Positions 47,518 to 56,320 of a stretch of DNA of 64,000 nt are shown piece by piece. The translations under genes were made by a program, and so were the position numbers. Position 1 is the first letter of the stretch. Each line of letters opens with the position of its first letter. Below the pieces are notes generated by a model. It saw only the letters and a list, made by a program, of their open reading frames with translations, had not been told where the DNA came from and searched no databases. Source of the stretch: Bacteroidota bacterium (GTDB taxonomy: Bacteria; Bacteroidota; Bacteroidia; M30B66); the NCBI GenBank assembly GCA_027483445.1, contig JAIXUS010000038.1:83931-147930 (forward strand), written 5' to 3'.

Positions 47518-49425
47518 CTAAAGCGTTTCCTTCAGCCAACGGTAAAATTCACGCTGCCAAACCAAGGCATTGTGCGGCTGTAAAATCCAATGGTTCTCGT
47601 CGGGGAAATACAATAATCTGCTCTTTATGCCTCGCAATTGAAGTGCAGTATAGGCCTGGAAGCCCTGCGACTCGGGCACGCGATAATCAAGCCCGCCATG
47701 AATCACCAACATCGGCGTGTCCCAGTTCGCAACCTTGTCGATCGGGTTAAAGTCCTGATAACTCTTCATCGCCGCTCCATTCTCCTTTTCCCAATACGCC
47801 CCCCCAATATCGAAGTTGGTGAAGAAGATTTCTTCGGTTGTGCCGTACATCGACTTTAAATCGAACACACCGGCATGCGCAATGAACGACTTAAACCGTT
47901 TCTGATGAATGCCCGCCAGATAAAACACTGAATACCCGCCATAGCTGGCACCAATGCAGCCCAAACGCTCCTTGTCTACGTAAGCCTCCTTCGATACATC
48001 GTCTATAGCGCTGAGGTAATCGTCCATAACCTGACCACCCCAGTCTTTGCTAATCTGCTCATTCCACGCAACGCCGTGCCCAGGCATTCCGCGACGGTTT
48101 GGAGCTACTACAATGTATCCGTTGGCCGCCATCAACTGAAAATTCCAACGCAACGAGTACATCTGCGTTAATGCCGACTGCGGCCCGCCCTGGCAATACA
48201 ACAATGTTGGATACTTCTTCGCCGGATCAAAATCGGGCGGATACACCACCCAAACCAACATCTTCTTACCATCTGTAGTGGTTACATACCGCTTTTCGGT
48301 CTTGCTCTTCGAAATCCCGGAGTAAAACTCATCATTTACCTTGGTGAGCTGCTTTAACTCGTTGGTTTTCAGATTAAAGGTGTAAAACTCCACGGCTCGG
48401 TTCATGTCGTTACGACTTAACACAAGAAGGTCGCCCGATTGCCCAACAATCTCATTGATGTCGAACATTCCGCTGCACAAAGGCTTCACCATGGGTTGCT
48501 TTTTCGACATTCCGGGGTAATCCACAGTCATCAACTGTTTGGTACCATCAACCGGGGCTACGAAAAACAACTGCTTTCCATCAGCCGCCCAGCGGTACGA
48601 CAGCACCGTTCCGTCCCACGAAGCCGTGAGATTCTTCACCACACCGTTTTTATCCATCACCAAAATATCGTTCTTATCGGCCTCAAAACCATCCCGGGCC
48701 ATACTCAACCAGGCCAAATCGTTGTTCTTCGAAAACGATGGATCCGTGTCATAACCCATTCTGCCTTCCGTTAAATTCCGGGTTGCTCCGCTGGCTACAT
48801 CATAACTGTACAAATCGGTGTTGGTACTCAACACATAGTCGGTTCCGTATTTCTTTTTGCACACATACACCACCGATTTGCCATCAGCACTCCAAGTGAA
48901 ATCAGACTCATCGCCAAAAGGCAAAGTCGGAGTGTCGTATTTTTCGTTAGGCATCAGATCAAGGCCTTCGCCCGGTTTTCCGTTGTTGAGTTTGTGTAGA
49001 AAAAGGTGGTTGTATTCTCCGTCTTCCCAGCTGTCCCAATGCCGATGATGTAAAGCATCATAAATCTTGGCCGAGGTTTTCGAAGCATCAGGGTAATATT
49101 CGGTACCCAAAACCTTCTCGAGCTTTACCGCCTTGTAACTCAGCGAGTATAAACCATCGGGCGAAGCAGACTTGTTGCTCACCAAATCGCCCACCGAATC
49201 GAGCTTTACAGGCTCTCCACCGGCAAGCGGAATGCGATACAAGGTGGAGCTGTTCTTGGGCGCTCCGAGGTCGGTTCGCGTAACCTTGTAAATAAACGAA
49301 CTGCCATCACGACTAATGCCCACAGCGCTAACCCTGCCCAACTGCCAGAGTTTTTCGGGTGTAATCGGCGACTGCGCCTGCAGCAGAAGGCTACTGAAGA
49401 AAAGGAAAAGAAAACTTGTTCTCAT
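47518..49425 (-). CDS. S9 family peptidase (dipeptidyl-peptidase 5-like)
   Basis: Signal peptide, QGGPQS, catalytic GASYGG, DYRVP and DENHW. Probable ATG at 49425. Confidence 0.93.
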   Translation of the reverse strand: MRTSFLFLFFSSLLLQAQSPITPEKLWQLGRVSAVGISRDGSSFIYKVTRTDLGAPKNSSTLYRIPLAGGEPVKLDSVGDLVSNKSASPDGLYSLSYKAVKLEKVLGTEYYPDASKTSAKIYDALHHRHWDSWEDGEYNHLFLHKLNNGKPGEGLDLMPNEKYDTPTLPFGDESDFTWSADGKSVVYVCKKKYGTDYVLSTNTDLYSYDVASGATRNLTEGRMGYDTDPSFSKNNDLAWLSMARDGFEADKNDILVMDKNGVVKNLTASWDGTVLSYRWAADGKQLFFVAPVDGTKQLMTVDYPGMSKKQPMVKPLCSGMFDINEIVGQSGDLLVLSRNDMNRAVEFYTFNLKTNELKQLTKVNDEFYSGISKSKTEKRYVTTTDGKKMLVWVVYPPDFDPAKKYPTLLYCQGGPQSALTQMYSLRWNFQLMAANGYIVVAPNRRGMPGHGVAWNEQISKDWGGQVMDDYLSAIDDVSKEAYVDKERLGCIGASYGGYSVFYLAGIHQKRFKSFIAHAGVFDLKSMYGTTEEIFFTNFDIGGAYWEKENGAAMKSYQDFNPIDKVANWDTPMLVIHGGLDYRVPESQGFQAYTALQLRGIKSRLLYFPDENHWILQPHNALVWQREFYRWLKETL

Positions 49426-49460
49426 ACGGTGTATTTGGAAGAGGCGGCAAGATACAGAGT

Positions 49461-50342
49461 TCAACCTTTGCGCCGGTAGCTGGTAAGGTACACACCGGTA
49501 AAAACCAGCAAGGCCGAAATCAACATGCGCAGGTTTAAGCTGTCTTTGCCGAGCAATAACGCAAACAACGAAGCCAGCAAGGGCTGTAAATACACATATA
49601 CACTCACAACTGAGGCACTCACCGTAGCCAGGGCATAGGCGTTAAGCAAATAGGCTAAAAACGTGGTTCCCAGCACAATAAATACAAGTATACCAATAAT
49701 GCCCGGAGGCAGATCAAGCCAGGGTGTTTCTAAAAAAGAACGGGCTCCAAAAGGCAGCACCATCAGTAATCCCGGCAAAAAAACCCAGGTCATCACCGTC
49801 ATCAACTGGTACTCCCGCATAAGCCGCTTTACCAGCACCAAATACAAGGCGTAGGAAGCTGCATTTAAAAAAATCAGTACGTTACCCAGCAATTCATCGC
49901 TTCCTTCAGGTTGACTGGGACGCTGCAAAATCAGCAGCAAAGCACCGGCAATTCCCAATGCAATGCCTGTAATTCTCAGTCGGGTAATGCGCTCTCCGGC
50001 CAGCACAGCCGCGGCAATCATCACCAAAATCGGGTTGGCCGTAAGAATAATCGCCGCCTGAATTGGAGTGGTCAAATTCAAGCCCTCAAAAAACATAAGC
50101 TGGTTGGCCATCACACCGGTGAGCGCACAAAGCAAAAACCGCCCAACATCCTTACGCTTAGGCAGTTCCGGACGCAGGAGCCAAAACGCGCCAAACAGCA
50201 ACACCGATCCGGCCACACGAAGAATAATAATTCCGCTGGGAGCCGCATAAACAGGCATAACCTCTTTCGCCAAAGAGTAGTTCGCTCCATAAATGAGGTT
50301 TGCCCCCAACAAAGCCATGTGAGCCTTCCACGCCGATTTCAT
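49461..50342 (-). CDS. DMT/EamA family transporter
   Basis: About ten hydrophobic helices in two repeats; probable ATG at 50342. Confidence 0.9.
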   Translation of the reverse strand: MKSAWKAHMALLGANLIYGANYSLAKEVMPVYAAPSGIIILRVAGSVLLFGAFWLLRPELPKRKDVGRFLLCALTGVMANQLMFFEGLNLTTPIQAAIILTANPILVMIAAAVLAGERITRLRITGIALGIAGALLLILQRPSQPEGSDELLGNVLIFLNAASYALYLVLVKRLMREYQLMTVMTWVFLPGLLMVLPFGARSFLETPWLDLPPGIIGILVFIVLGTTFLAYLLNAYALATVSASVVSVYVYLQPLLASLFALLLGKDSLNLRMLISALLVFTGVYLTSYRRKG

Positions 50343-50429
50343 GCGCAGCGAAGGTACACGAACATGCGACATTCCCGAAAAACCCGGTCACCAAGCCATT
50401 TTCTACACACAACCCAATGGAGGTTTTTA

Positions 50430-50623
50430 GGGCGCCTGCCTCGCTATTCCTTGCGTTACGCCTAAGCAGCATCGCCGGGCACCGCGTGTTACGCTCATAC
50501 TCCTCAAAACAGAGCCGCATCGCCTACTTTTCCATTCACGCTCACCTACACATACACTTCTATTTCGCTCCCACTCCCACACTCACTCTGTTTTGCGGGG
50601 TATCCGCTTCACCCGCTGGCGCA
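50430..50623 (-). ncRNA. Structured dispersed repeat, Flavo-1-like RNA motif, copy 4 (expanded loop)
   Basis: Same conserved blocks as 18900-19044. The inner stem AAAACAGAG/CTCTGTTTT encloses a C/A-rich low-complexity insert. Confidence 0.6.
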
Positions 50624-50652
50624 TTCACAATCAGGCTTCTACAGTTAAGCCC

Positions 50653-51573
50653 TCACCAAATAAATCCAATGCTGAGCTGGAACCCAGGCTCGGGCTGAGG
50701 CATCACCTCCGCCTGATTTCTTGGTAAAAAGTACGATACCTGACAACCGGCCATCCAGCCCTTTCCAAAACAATCGAGGCCAATGCTCGTTTGCCCGCCT
50801 GAACTGCCAGAATCGGGACGTTCCAGGTCAAACTGGCGATCGGCGCCCGAAACATCATAACGCGCTCCAATATGAGGCAAGGCCAACACATTCCGAAACC
50901 AATGACGCCTTAAGAAAAGCTGCGCAGAAACACCGGCTGTGTGCCCGCGTTGAAATAAATCCTCGTTGGTCGAAAACGTGCGGACATCCGCCTGCAAGGC
51001 TAAACCGGCTTTGCGGCTCTGAACCAAATAAACCGCATTAAGCATTCCCGACCAGGCACCTGTTCCGGCTTGAATTCCAATGGGCAACAAAGTGAGCTGC
51101 TCGTCGCGTTGACGGTATTTTCCGGTTGGCAAACTCAAGCCTCCGCCCACTTGTAGCACTTGCTTAAACCGCTTAATGCCCGTATCGGGCTTAATTACTG
51201 TATACAGCGCGCGTAGCTGCATATCGCCAATTCCACGCACGGTGGTAATCCTCTCCGATTCTACCCGATTCACCACCCGATAGGGTAAATGAAACCACAA
51301 CTGCAGTCGCGATTTGGGGAACCACCGAAAAAACACATCACTCTCGTAGTAATGGTCCTGGTAAACCTCACTCAAACCATTAAAATTTCCTTTTGGATGG
51401 ATAAATCGTTGTGCTGTTTGACGAATGCCCAACATATTGGTCTGCACCTGCGGAAACAAGCCTCCGGCCGAAAGCGCGGCTCCACATCCACAAATATCAC
51501 AGGCTTTAGCCCGAACGCCCGCCAATAACAAAACAAGCAATACAACCTTGAAACGAAGAGTTTTCATAAGCAT
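50653..51573 (-). CDS. Outer-membrane beta-barrel protein with an N-terminal CDICGC motif (MbnP-cluster transporter-like)
   Basis: Signal peptide AKA|CDICGCG, GIGD, GLSLPTGKY, QAGTGAW and an aromatic C-terminus. Confidence 0.75.
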   Translation of the reverse strand: MLMKTLRFKVVLLVLLLAGVRAKACDICGCGAALSAGGLFPQVQTNMLGIRQTAQRFIHPKGNFNGLSEVYQDHYYESDVFFRWFPKSRLQLWFHLPYRVVNRVESERITTVRGIGDMQLRALYTVIKPDTGIKRFKQVLQVGGGLSLPTGKYRQRDEQLTLLPIGIQAGTGAWSGMLNAVYLVQSRKAGLALQADVRTFSTNEDLFQRGHTAGVSAQLFLRRHWFRNVLALPHIGARYDVSGADRQFDLERPDSGSSGGQTSIGLDCFGKGWMAGCQVSYFLPRNQAEVMPQPEPGFQLSIGFIW

Positions 51574-51578
51574 GAATA

Positions 51579-51613
51579 CCGTTGCCCTACCCTTCGTTCG
51601 GGCAGGACAACGG
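51579..51613 (-). other. Intercistronic stem-loop
   Basis: Minus strand CCGTTGTCCTGCCC-GAACGAA-GGGTAGGGCAACGG with no U-tract. Confidence 0.55.
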
Positions 51614-51630
51614 ATTTTTATGAAAATGAC

Positions 51631-52413
51631 TTAGTTGTGCAAGTGCTCGTACTCCACTCCTGAGGCAAAATTCTGCATCATGCCCACAGCATTGGCGCCG
51701 GGCATGTGCGTCATAGGATTCGAAGCCACCGATACACCATTGAACATAGACCTCAAATCAACCTTCATGTGAATTTGTGGAATTGCATTGGGCTTAATGC
51801 TCATAACCTCACCACTAAAGGTATGACTGAATGTTTGGTATGCACGGGTGTTGTTAGAGGTACGGAAGCCACCAAGGTGATAGGTAAATGCACCGCCCAT
51901 GCCTGTAACTTGCGGCGAAGTGCCTTCAGCCTTCAGGAAAATGTACCCCGAATTCCAGCTCCAGAACATATTGTTGGCCGGATCTAACGCGCCGGTTTGT
52001 GTTCCCGAAACGTTTCGGGTTGAGTCTACCCCCAACATAAAGCGAAAGCCTTTGTAATCGGCCACCGGAATATCGCTGATGGTTATCAATCGGCTAGTTG
52101 GAACACTCTGATCTACAAGATAATAGCTTTCCGGCACTTTGTATTCTGTGCCATCGGTTTTCACCAACACCAAGTTGCTGATATAGTACCTGAACAAGTT
52201 GAAATTCAACGTGTCGCCGCCGGCAGTTACGTATGGAGTGTTTAGGGTAAAGTTGGCGCCACCAAAAACATGCTCCATTTCAAGACGCATGCTCGATACG
52301 GTGGGTGTTGGGTCAGGTTGTGGTGTTTCTTCCTCTTCGTCTTTTTTACAAGAACTCAAAGTAACACTGCCTAAGGCAAACAATAAAAGAAAGTATTTTG
52401 AAAGTGATTTCAT
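51631..52413 (-). CDS. mbnP: MbnP family lipoprotein (putative copper-binding)
   Basis: Lipobox LSSC, FRYYISN, LGVDSTRN...GALDP, WxW motif MFWSWNSGYIFLKAEG and YHLGG. Confidence 0.85.
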   Translation of the reverse strand: MKSLSKYFLLLFALGSVTLSSCKKDEEEETPQPDPTPTVSSMRLEMEHVFGGANFTLNTPYVTAGGDTLNFNLFRYYISNLVLVKTDGTEYKVPESYYLVDQSVPTSRLITISDIPVADYKGFRFMLGVDSTRNVSGTQTGALDPANNMFWSWNSGYIFLKAEGTSPQVTGMGGAFTYHLGGFRTSNNTRAYQTFSHTFSGEVMSIKPNAIPQIHMKVDLRSMFNGVSVASNPMTHMPGANAVGMMQNFASGVEYEHLHN

Positions 52414-52502
52414 GGTTAAAAAAATGTGGGATTGCCCCGCAAAACGCGGGATGAAAAAAAATCGGAAACCTCAACATTGAAGCATCCAAAAACACAATGA
52501 AA

Positions 52503-52874
52503 TCAGGCTTTAGCCGGCGGCTTTACTTCCGTAGGCAAATACGGTTCGGTGAAATCCGGCGAGGGCTCACCTTTAAATGAACAGGTTGAAATCGCTGTCG
52601 AAACCAGGACATAATCTGCCGGTAGTTCGAATGGACTTTCCTTGAGTTTAAATTCGGGTAACGAGGGCGCCGACTGGGCATCGGGAGCATCCAGTTGGTT
52701 GAGCTCTGTCATCAGCGCACAGCGCCCGTTACACTCCAACTCGGGCTTATCGCGATTTTCGCACAGCACCTCTACATAGTACTGATATTGAAAAAGATAG
52801 TTAAGCATAATGCCACACCGAAGAAACAAAGGTGTAAGCAGCAAACCAACCAAAACAACAGCTACAAGGCGCAT
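52503..52874 (-). CDS. Small Cys-motif protein (CEN...CNGRC, C-terminal PP) heading the MbnP cluster
   Basis: ATG at 52874 with TACCTTTG at 52882-52889, hydrophobic N-terminus, LCENRDKPELECNGRCAL and KPP near the end. Confidence 0.75.
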   Translation of the reverse strand: MRLVAVVLVGLLLTPLFLRCGIMLNYLFQYQYYVEVLCENRDKPELECNGRCALMTELNQLDAPDAQSAPSLPEFKLKESPFELPADYVLVSTAISTCSFKGEPSPDFTEPYLPTEVKPPAKA

Positions 52875-52903
52875 CGCGGGACAAAGGTAAAGCAATCGCA
52901 CAT

Positions 52904-52937
52904 AAAAAAAGCGGATGCCCCGAAAGGAATCCGCCTT
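52904..52937 (-). terminator. Intrinsic terminator of the ECF operon
   Basis: Minus strand GCGGATTCC-TTTCG-GGGCATCCGC followed by T7. Confidence 0.8.
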
Positions 52938-52958
52938 ATCTTTTCGAAAGGGCAAGAA

Positions 52959-54401
52959 TTATCCGCCAAATCCGACTACCCGAACACCAATTGAGAAGGG
53001 AATCAGGTTAGGACCTTCATTCTTCATAAATAAATCAGTTAACGAGTAGTTGGCAAAGAGAACGAAATCGCCATACCCTAAACGAAGCGAAGCATTTACT
53101 CGAAACGGATTGATGTTAAAGTCGTTACGTGTTCGGCTTTTCGATTCGTCGCCTTCAACCTCAACCTTGCGCTTATTGTATGAAGTAAACTTCCAGGCTC
53201 CGGTAATACCGGGCGAAATAAACAGTCGCTTTCCTTTACGAATTGGATTTGTAGCAAAGGTGATATACAGAGGCGCATTAAGGTAACCGGTGGTGAGCTT
53301 TGATTTTTGATAGTTAACCGTGTCTTCAACCACCAATTGTAAAGGCTCCGAATTGGCAAGCATTCTCACATTGCGCTCAAAGCGGTAATTGTTGATTTCG
53401 GCGCCTAAGCCAGTGGTTAGAAATACGTTGTTTCCAATAATCCGGGCGTTTTTCTCCCACAAGTTAAAGTTCACCACAATCGACTTTCCGTAGTTCAACT
53501 CATAATTGGAGTTTACGCTATCCATGTTGAGGCCATTGCTGCCATTTAGCCATCCATTGATGCCCAACTCAAACCCCGACCAAATGGAGTTTGGACGCTT
53601 CTTTTTCTTTTTGGGAGAGCCATTCCAGCCATCCTCAAAACCACGCATAAATTCATCGCCAATCTCTTTGCTTGAATCGCGGCTTGCCCGATCCATGATG
53701 ATTATCTCCCGATCACCTAAATAGATTCTGGAGGATTGTCCATCGATGTCGTTCGACTTCTTCACTTCGCCGGCTCCGCTTACATTCACATCTAAAACAG
53801 TGGGCGTTCCAACATGATAAAGTGTTCCGGCACCACTTACACCACCGGTAATTTTCTGAGAAGCATTGACCTTAGCATCACCCGCACCGCTTATCGAAAT
53901 GTTAGCCTCATCTACATAAAACCGACTGGCCTTGATATCTCCTGCACCTGAAATTTTGCCTTTCAGGAATTTTCCACGACCAACCAAACGCACATCTGAA
54001 GCACCGCTCGTACTTACATCTACCGAATCGCTGACCAAAATTAGCGATGCGTTGGAGTTGCCATTCGACTTGATTTCAAATCGTCCGGCCCGCAGTGTAT
54101 CGCTCGAATAGACATCAGAAGTGCCATTCACGATAAGATTACTGAAGCCTGTTGTATTAATGTAAAATGTACCATCGGCTCCATTAATGGTTAACTCAGA
54201 ACCTAACTGCGTATAGTTTGCCTCCTGAAAGGCCTCATTGCTGGCACTAATTGAATTGTCGCTGTTCTGCTTGACAAACACCTTTACATCACCATCCACG
54301 ATAAGTGTATTAAAAGGCTGTACAACTCTGCGGGTTAATCCGTCCTGCGCAAAAACGCTGCTTGCAAACAATAGGGCGGAAGAAAGAAGGGCCGTTTTCA
54401 T
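52959..54401 (-). CDS. DUF2807 (GIN-like beta-helix) domain fused to a PorT-like outer-membrane beta-barrel
   Basis: Signal peptide, repeated ISGAGD/SGAS motifs, a charged linker, then WSGFELG...NNYRF...KSKL...YL.APL...RLGYG...LF...P.SIG. Confidence 0.78.
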   Translation of the reverse strand: MKTALLSSALLFASSVFAQDGLTRRVVQPFNTLIVDGDVKVFVKQNSDNSISASNEAFQEANYTQLGSELTINGADGTFYINTTGFSNLIVNGTSDVYSSDTLRAGRFEIKSNGNSNASLILVSDSVDVSTSGASDVRLVGRGKFLKGKISGAGDIKASRFYVDEANISISGAGDAKVNASQKITGGVSGAGTLYHVGTPTVLDVNVSGAGEVKKSNDIDGQSSRIYLGDREIIIMDRASRDSSKEIGDEFMRGFEDGWNGSPKKKKKRPNSIWSGFELGINGWLNGSNGLNMDSVNSNYELNYGKSIVVNFNLWEKNARIIGNNVFLTTGLGAEINNYRFERNVRMLANSEPLQLVVEDTVNYQKSKLTTGYLNAPLYITFATNPIRKGKRLFISPGITGAWKFTSYNKRKVEVEGDESKSRTRNDFNINPFRVNASLRLGYGDFVLFANYSLTDLFMKNEGPNLIPFSIGVRVVGFGG

Positions 54402-54429
54402 GATTTAGTTTTTTGGGGGATTCGGCAGG

Positions 54430-54458
54430 TAAAAGCAAGTACTAAATGAATTGTTACA
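54430..54458 (-). promoter_or_regulatory. Putative ECF-sigma promoter TGTAAC-N17-CTTTTA
   Basis: Same motif and spacing as 56244-56272; 28 bp upstream of the ATG at 54401. Confidence 0.65.
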
Positions 54459-54471
54459 AAAAAGATGATTT

Positions 54472-55737
54472 TTATCGCGAAGGCCTTGTGTAGCTAAGGC
54501 TTCCGATTGAAAACCCGGTTACACGACGGCTTCCGTTTTCGTTTTCACGATTCACCTTGATAAAGCCGCGAGAAACTTTTTCAAGTCCTTGGTACGAAAG
54601 CTCATCAATTCCTTGCTGACCAATTCGTTCTATTGGCTCTTCGATGTCAATATTGTTTCGCTTCAACAGCTTGCGTAAAGCCTTAAGACTGCGTTGGGAG
54701 CGACTTAATTCGCTTGAGGCTGTGGCCGTAGCATCGATGAGGTCTTGTTCGAAACGGAGCCGTTCAAGCGGACTAATGGTCATGTATTCGGTGTTCAATG
54801 CAAAAGGCTCGCTTACCTCAACGCGCAGGTTGGGCAGATTCTCAACCTGAGCTACCAATCGCTCCGGTGCCGAAGGCTGAAGTGGTTGCCAACGTGGAAC
54901 GTCGTTCTGAGATTCCTGCTGCTTAGGTGTTTGGGGATTTACCTGATCTAGCGAATCATTGGCGCCTGCCTTGGCTTTGCGCACAGGCTCAGGGTCTACA
55001 ACCGAATTCCGCACCGACAAAGCCAGCTCATTTTCGCGGCTGCTTTGGTTTAAGGCAAAAAATCCGACAGAGAGAATAAGTACCGCAGCGGCGGCATAGC
55101 GCGCAAACAGTGGAATGATGCTTCCACGGGAAGCTGCCGATTTGTACAACTTCGACTTTATGGGAAACGCAATCGCCTCGGGCGAAACACGTGTTTGCAG
55201 CATCAACGAACGCTCGCGGTGCAGCTCAGGCCACACTAGTGTTAGCGCATCCATTCGCGCGCGCTCTTCCGGCGTAAGTGTACCCTCTACTTCGGCCACC
55301 AAAACGGTATTCCACCAGTGCTGAAATTCCTCAGCCTTCTGTAAGTTCAACTTATTGGGGAGTATCTGATCGACGTCTACCGCCAGTTTTGTTTTCAGAA
55401 ACGCCGCTTTATGCCGGGCCAAACTGGGTTCTAAGGCGATGATACGCTCAATCTCCGCTTCTGTGTGGGCATTCGACTTGCCTTCGATCAACGCGAAAAG
55501 ATGTTCATCCAATTCTGCACTTAGTGTTTCAACGGTCTTGCTCAGGTGCGAAAAAGCAACCGGACTCATAGATTCGTCTGGAGGTAATTGTACATCAGTA
55601 ATACCCTCCAGATCAACAGCCAGTTCGGGGTGCTGAGCCAAAAACAACATCAACTCTGCACTCAGCTCTGCACTCAGCTGCCCTTCGGCATAGTCGAGAA
55701 GATACGCCTCATAGTTTTCTAGGGTAATTTGACTCAT
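54472..55737 (-). CDS. Putative membrane-bound anti-sigma factor
   Basis: Overlaps the ECF gene end by 4 bp. N-terminal YEAYLLDYAEGQLS repeats and a single TM helix (YAAAAVLILSVGFFAL). Confidence 0.78.
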   Translation of the reverse strand: MSQITLENYEAYLLDYAEGQLSAELSAELMLFLAQHPELAVDLEGITDVQLPPDESMSPVAFSHLSKTVETLSAELDEHLFALIEGKSNAHTEAEIERIIALEPSLARHKAAFLKTKLAVDVDQILPNKLNLQKAEEFQHWWNTVLVAEVEGTLTPEERARMDALTLVWPELHRERSLMLQTRVSPEAIAFPIKSKLYKSAASRGSIIPLFARYAAAAVLILSVGFFALNQSSRENELALSVRNSVVDPEPVRKAKAGANDSLDQVNPQTPKQQESQNDVPRWQPLQPSAPERLVAQVENLPNLRVEVSEPFALNTEYMTISPLERLRFEQDLIDATATASSELSRSQRSLKALRKLLKRNNIDIEEPIERIGQQGIDELSYQGLEKVSRGFIKVNRENENGSRRVTGFSIGSLSYTRPSR

Positions 55738-56222
55738 ACAACCAAATCGGTAGATACCAGATAGTTTTTTAATGTAACGCGTGCCCTGAAAATGTACACT
55801 TTAACCTGACTTTCATTCAAGCCGGTAATTTGTCCGATTTCTTCATAGCTGTAGCCCTCATAATCGCGAAGCATAATTACCGAGCGCTGTATTTCCGGCA
55901 AGCGGGATAGCGCCTCGTTGAGCACCTTTTTCAAATCGAATTCAGGCTTTACTTCGGCACCACTTACCACGCGAAGGGTATTGTCGATGTCGGTATGGCG
56001 GCTTTTCTTTCGAATCCGCTCCAACATCAGTCGGTAAGCCGTAGTGAAAAGGTATGATTTAGCCTTCTCAAACTGAATTTCGGCGGCTTTTATCCACACT
56101 TTTTCAAAGGCATCCTGAACAACATCGCGGGCATCGTCTTCATCGCGCATATTTTTCACAATGAAACGATACACATTGTCCGAATAACGGTCAACACATT
56201 GGTTATACTCTGCTAAGGTCAC
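55734..56222 (-). CDS. ECF RNA polymerase sigma factor
   Basis: ARDVVQDAFEKVW...KSYLFTTAY (region 2) and LPEIQRSVIMLRDYEGYSYEEIG...VKVYIFRAR (region 4). GTG start. Confidence 0.95.
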   Translation of the reverse strand: MTLAEYNQCVDRYSDNVYRFIVKNMRDEDDARDVVQDAFEKVWIKAAEIQFEKAKSYLFTTAYRLMLERIRKKSRHTDIDNTLRVVSGAEVKPEFDLKKVLNEALSRLPEIQRSVIMLRDYEGYSYEEIGQITGLNESQVKVYIFRARVTLKNYLVSTDLVV

Positions 56223-56243
56223 ACGCAGGAGGTTTACGGGCCC

Positions 56244-56272
56244 TAAGAGCCCTTTGCAAAAACAAAGTTACA
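56244..56272 (-). promoter_or_regulatory. Putative autoregulatory ECF promoter TGTAAC-N17-CTCTTA
   Basis: 21 bp upstream of the sigma start; matches 54430-54458. Confidence 0.65.
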
Positions 56273-56320
56273 GCATGTGCACACAAAATTTTCAACTTAC
56301 TAAAAATGAACACATTAAAT

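Noticed and set aside
49911..50698. ORFs 49911-50465, 50158-50520 and 50300-50698
   Set aside because: Shadow frames across the EamA gene and repeat copy 4.
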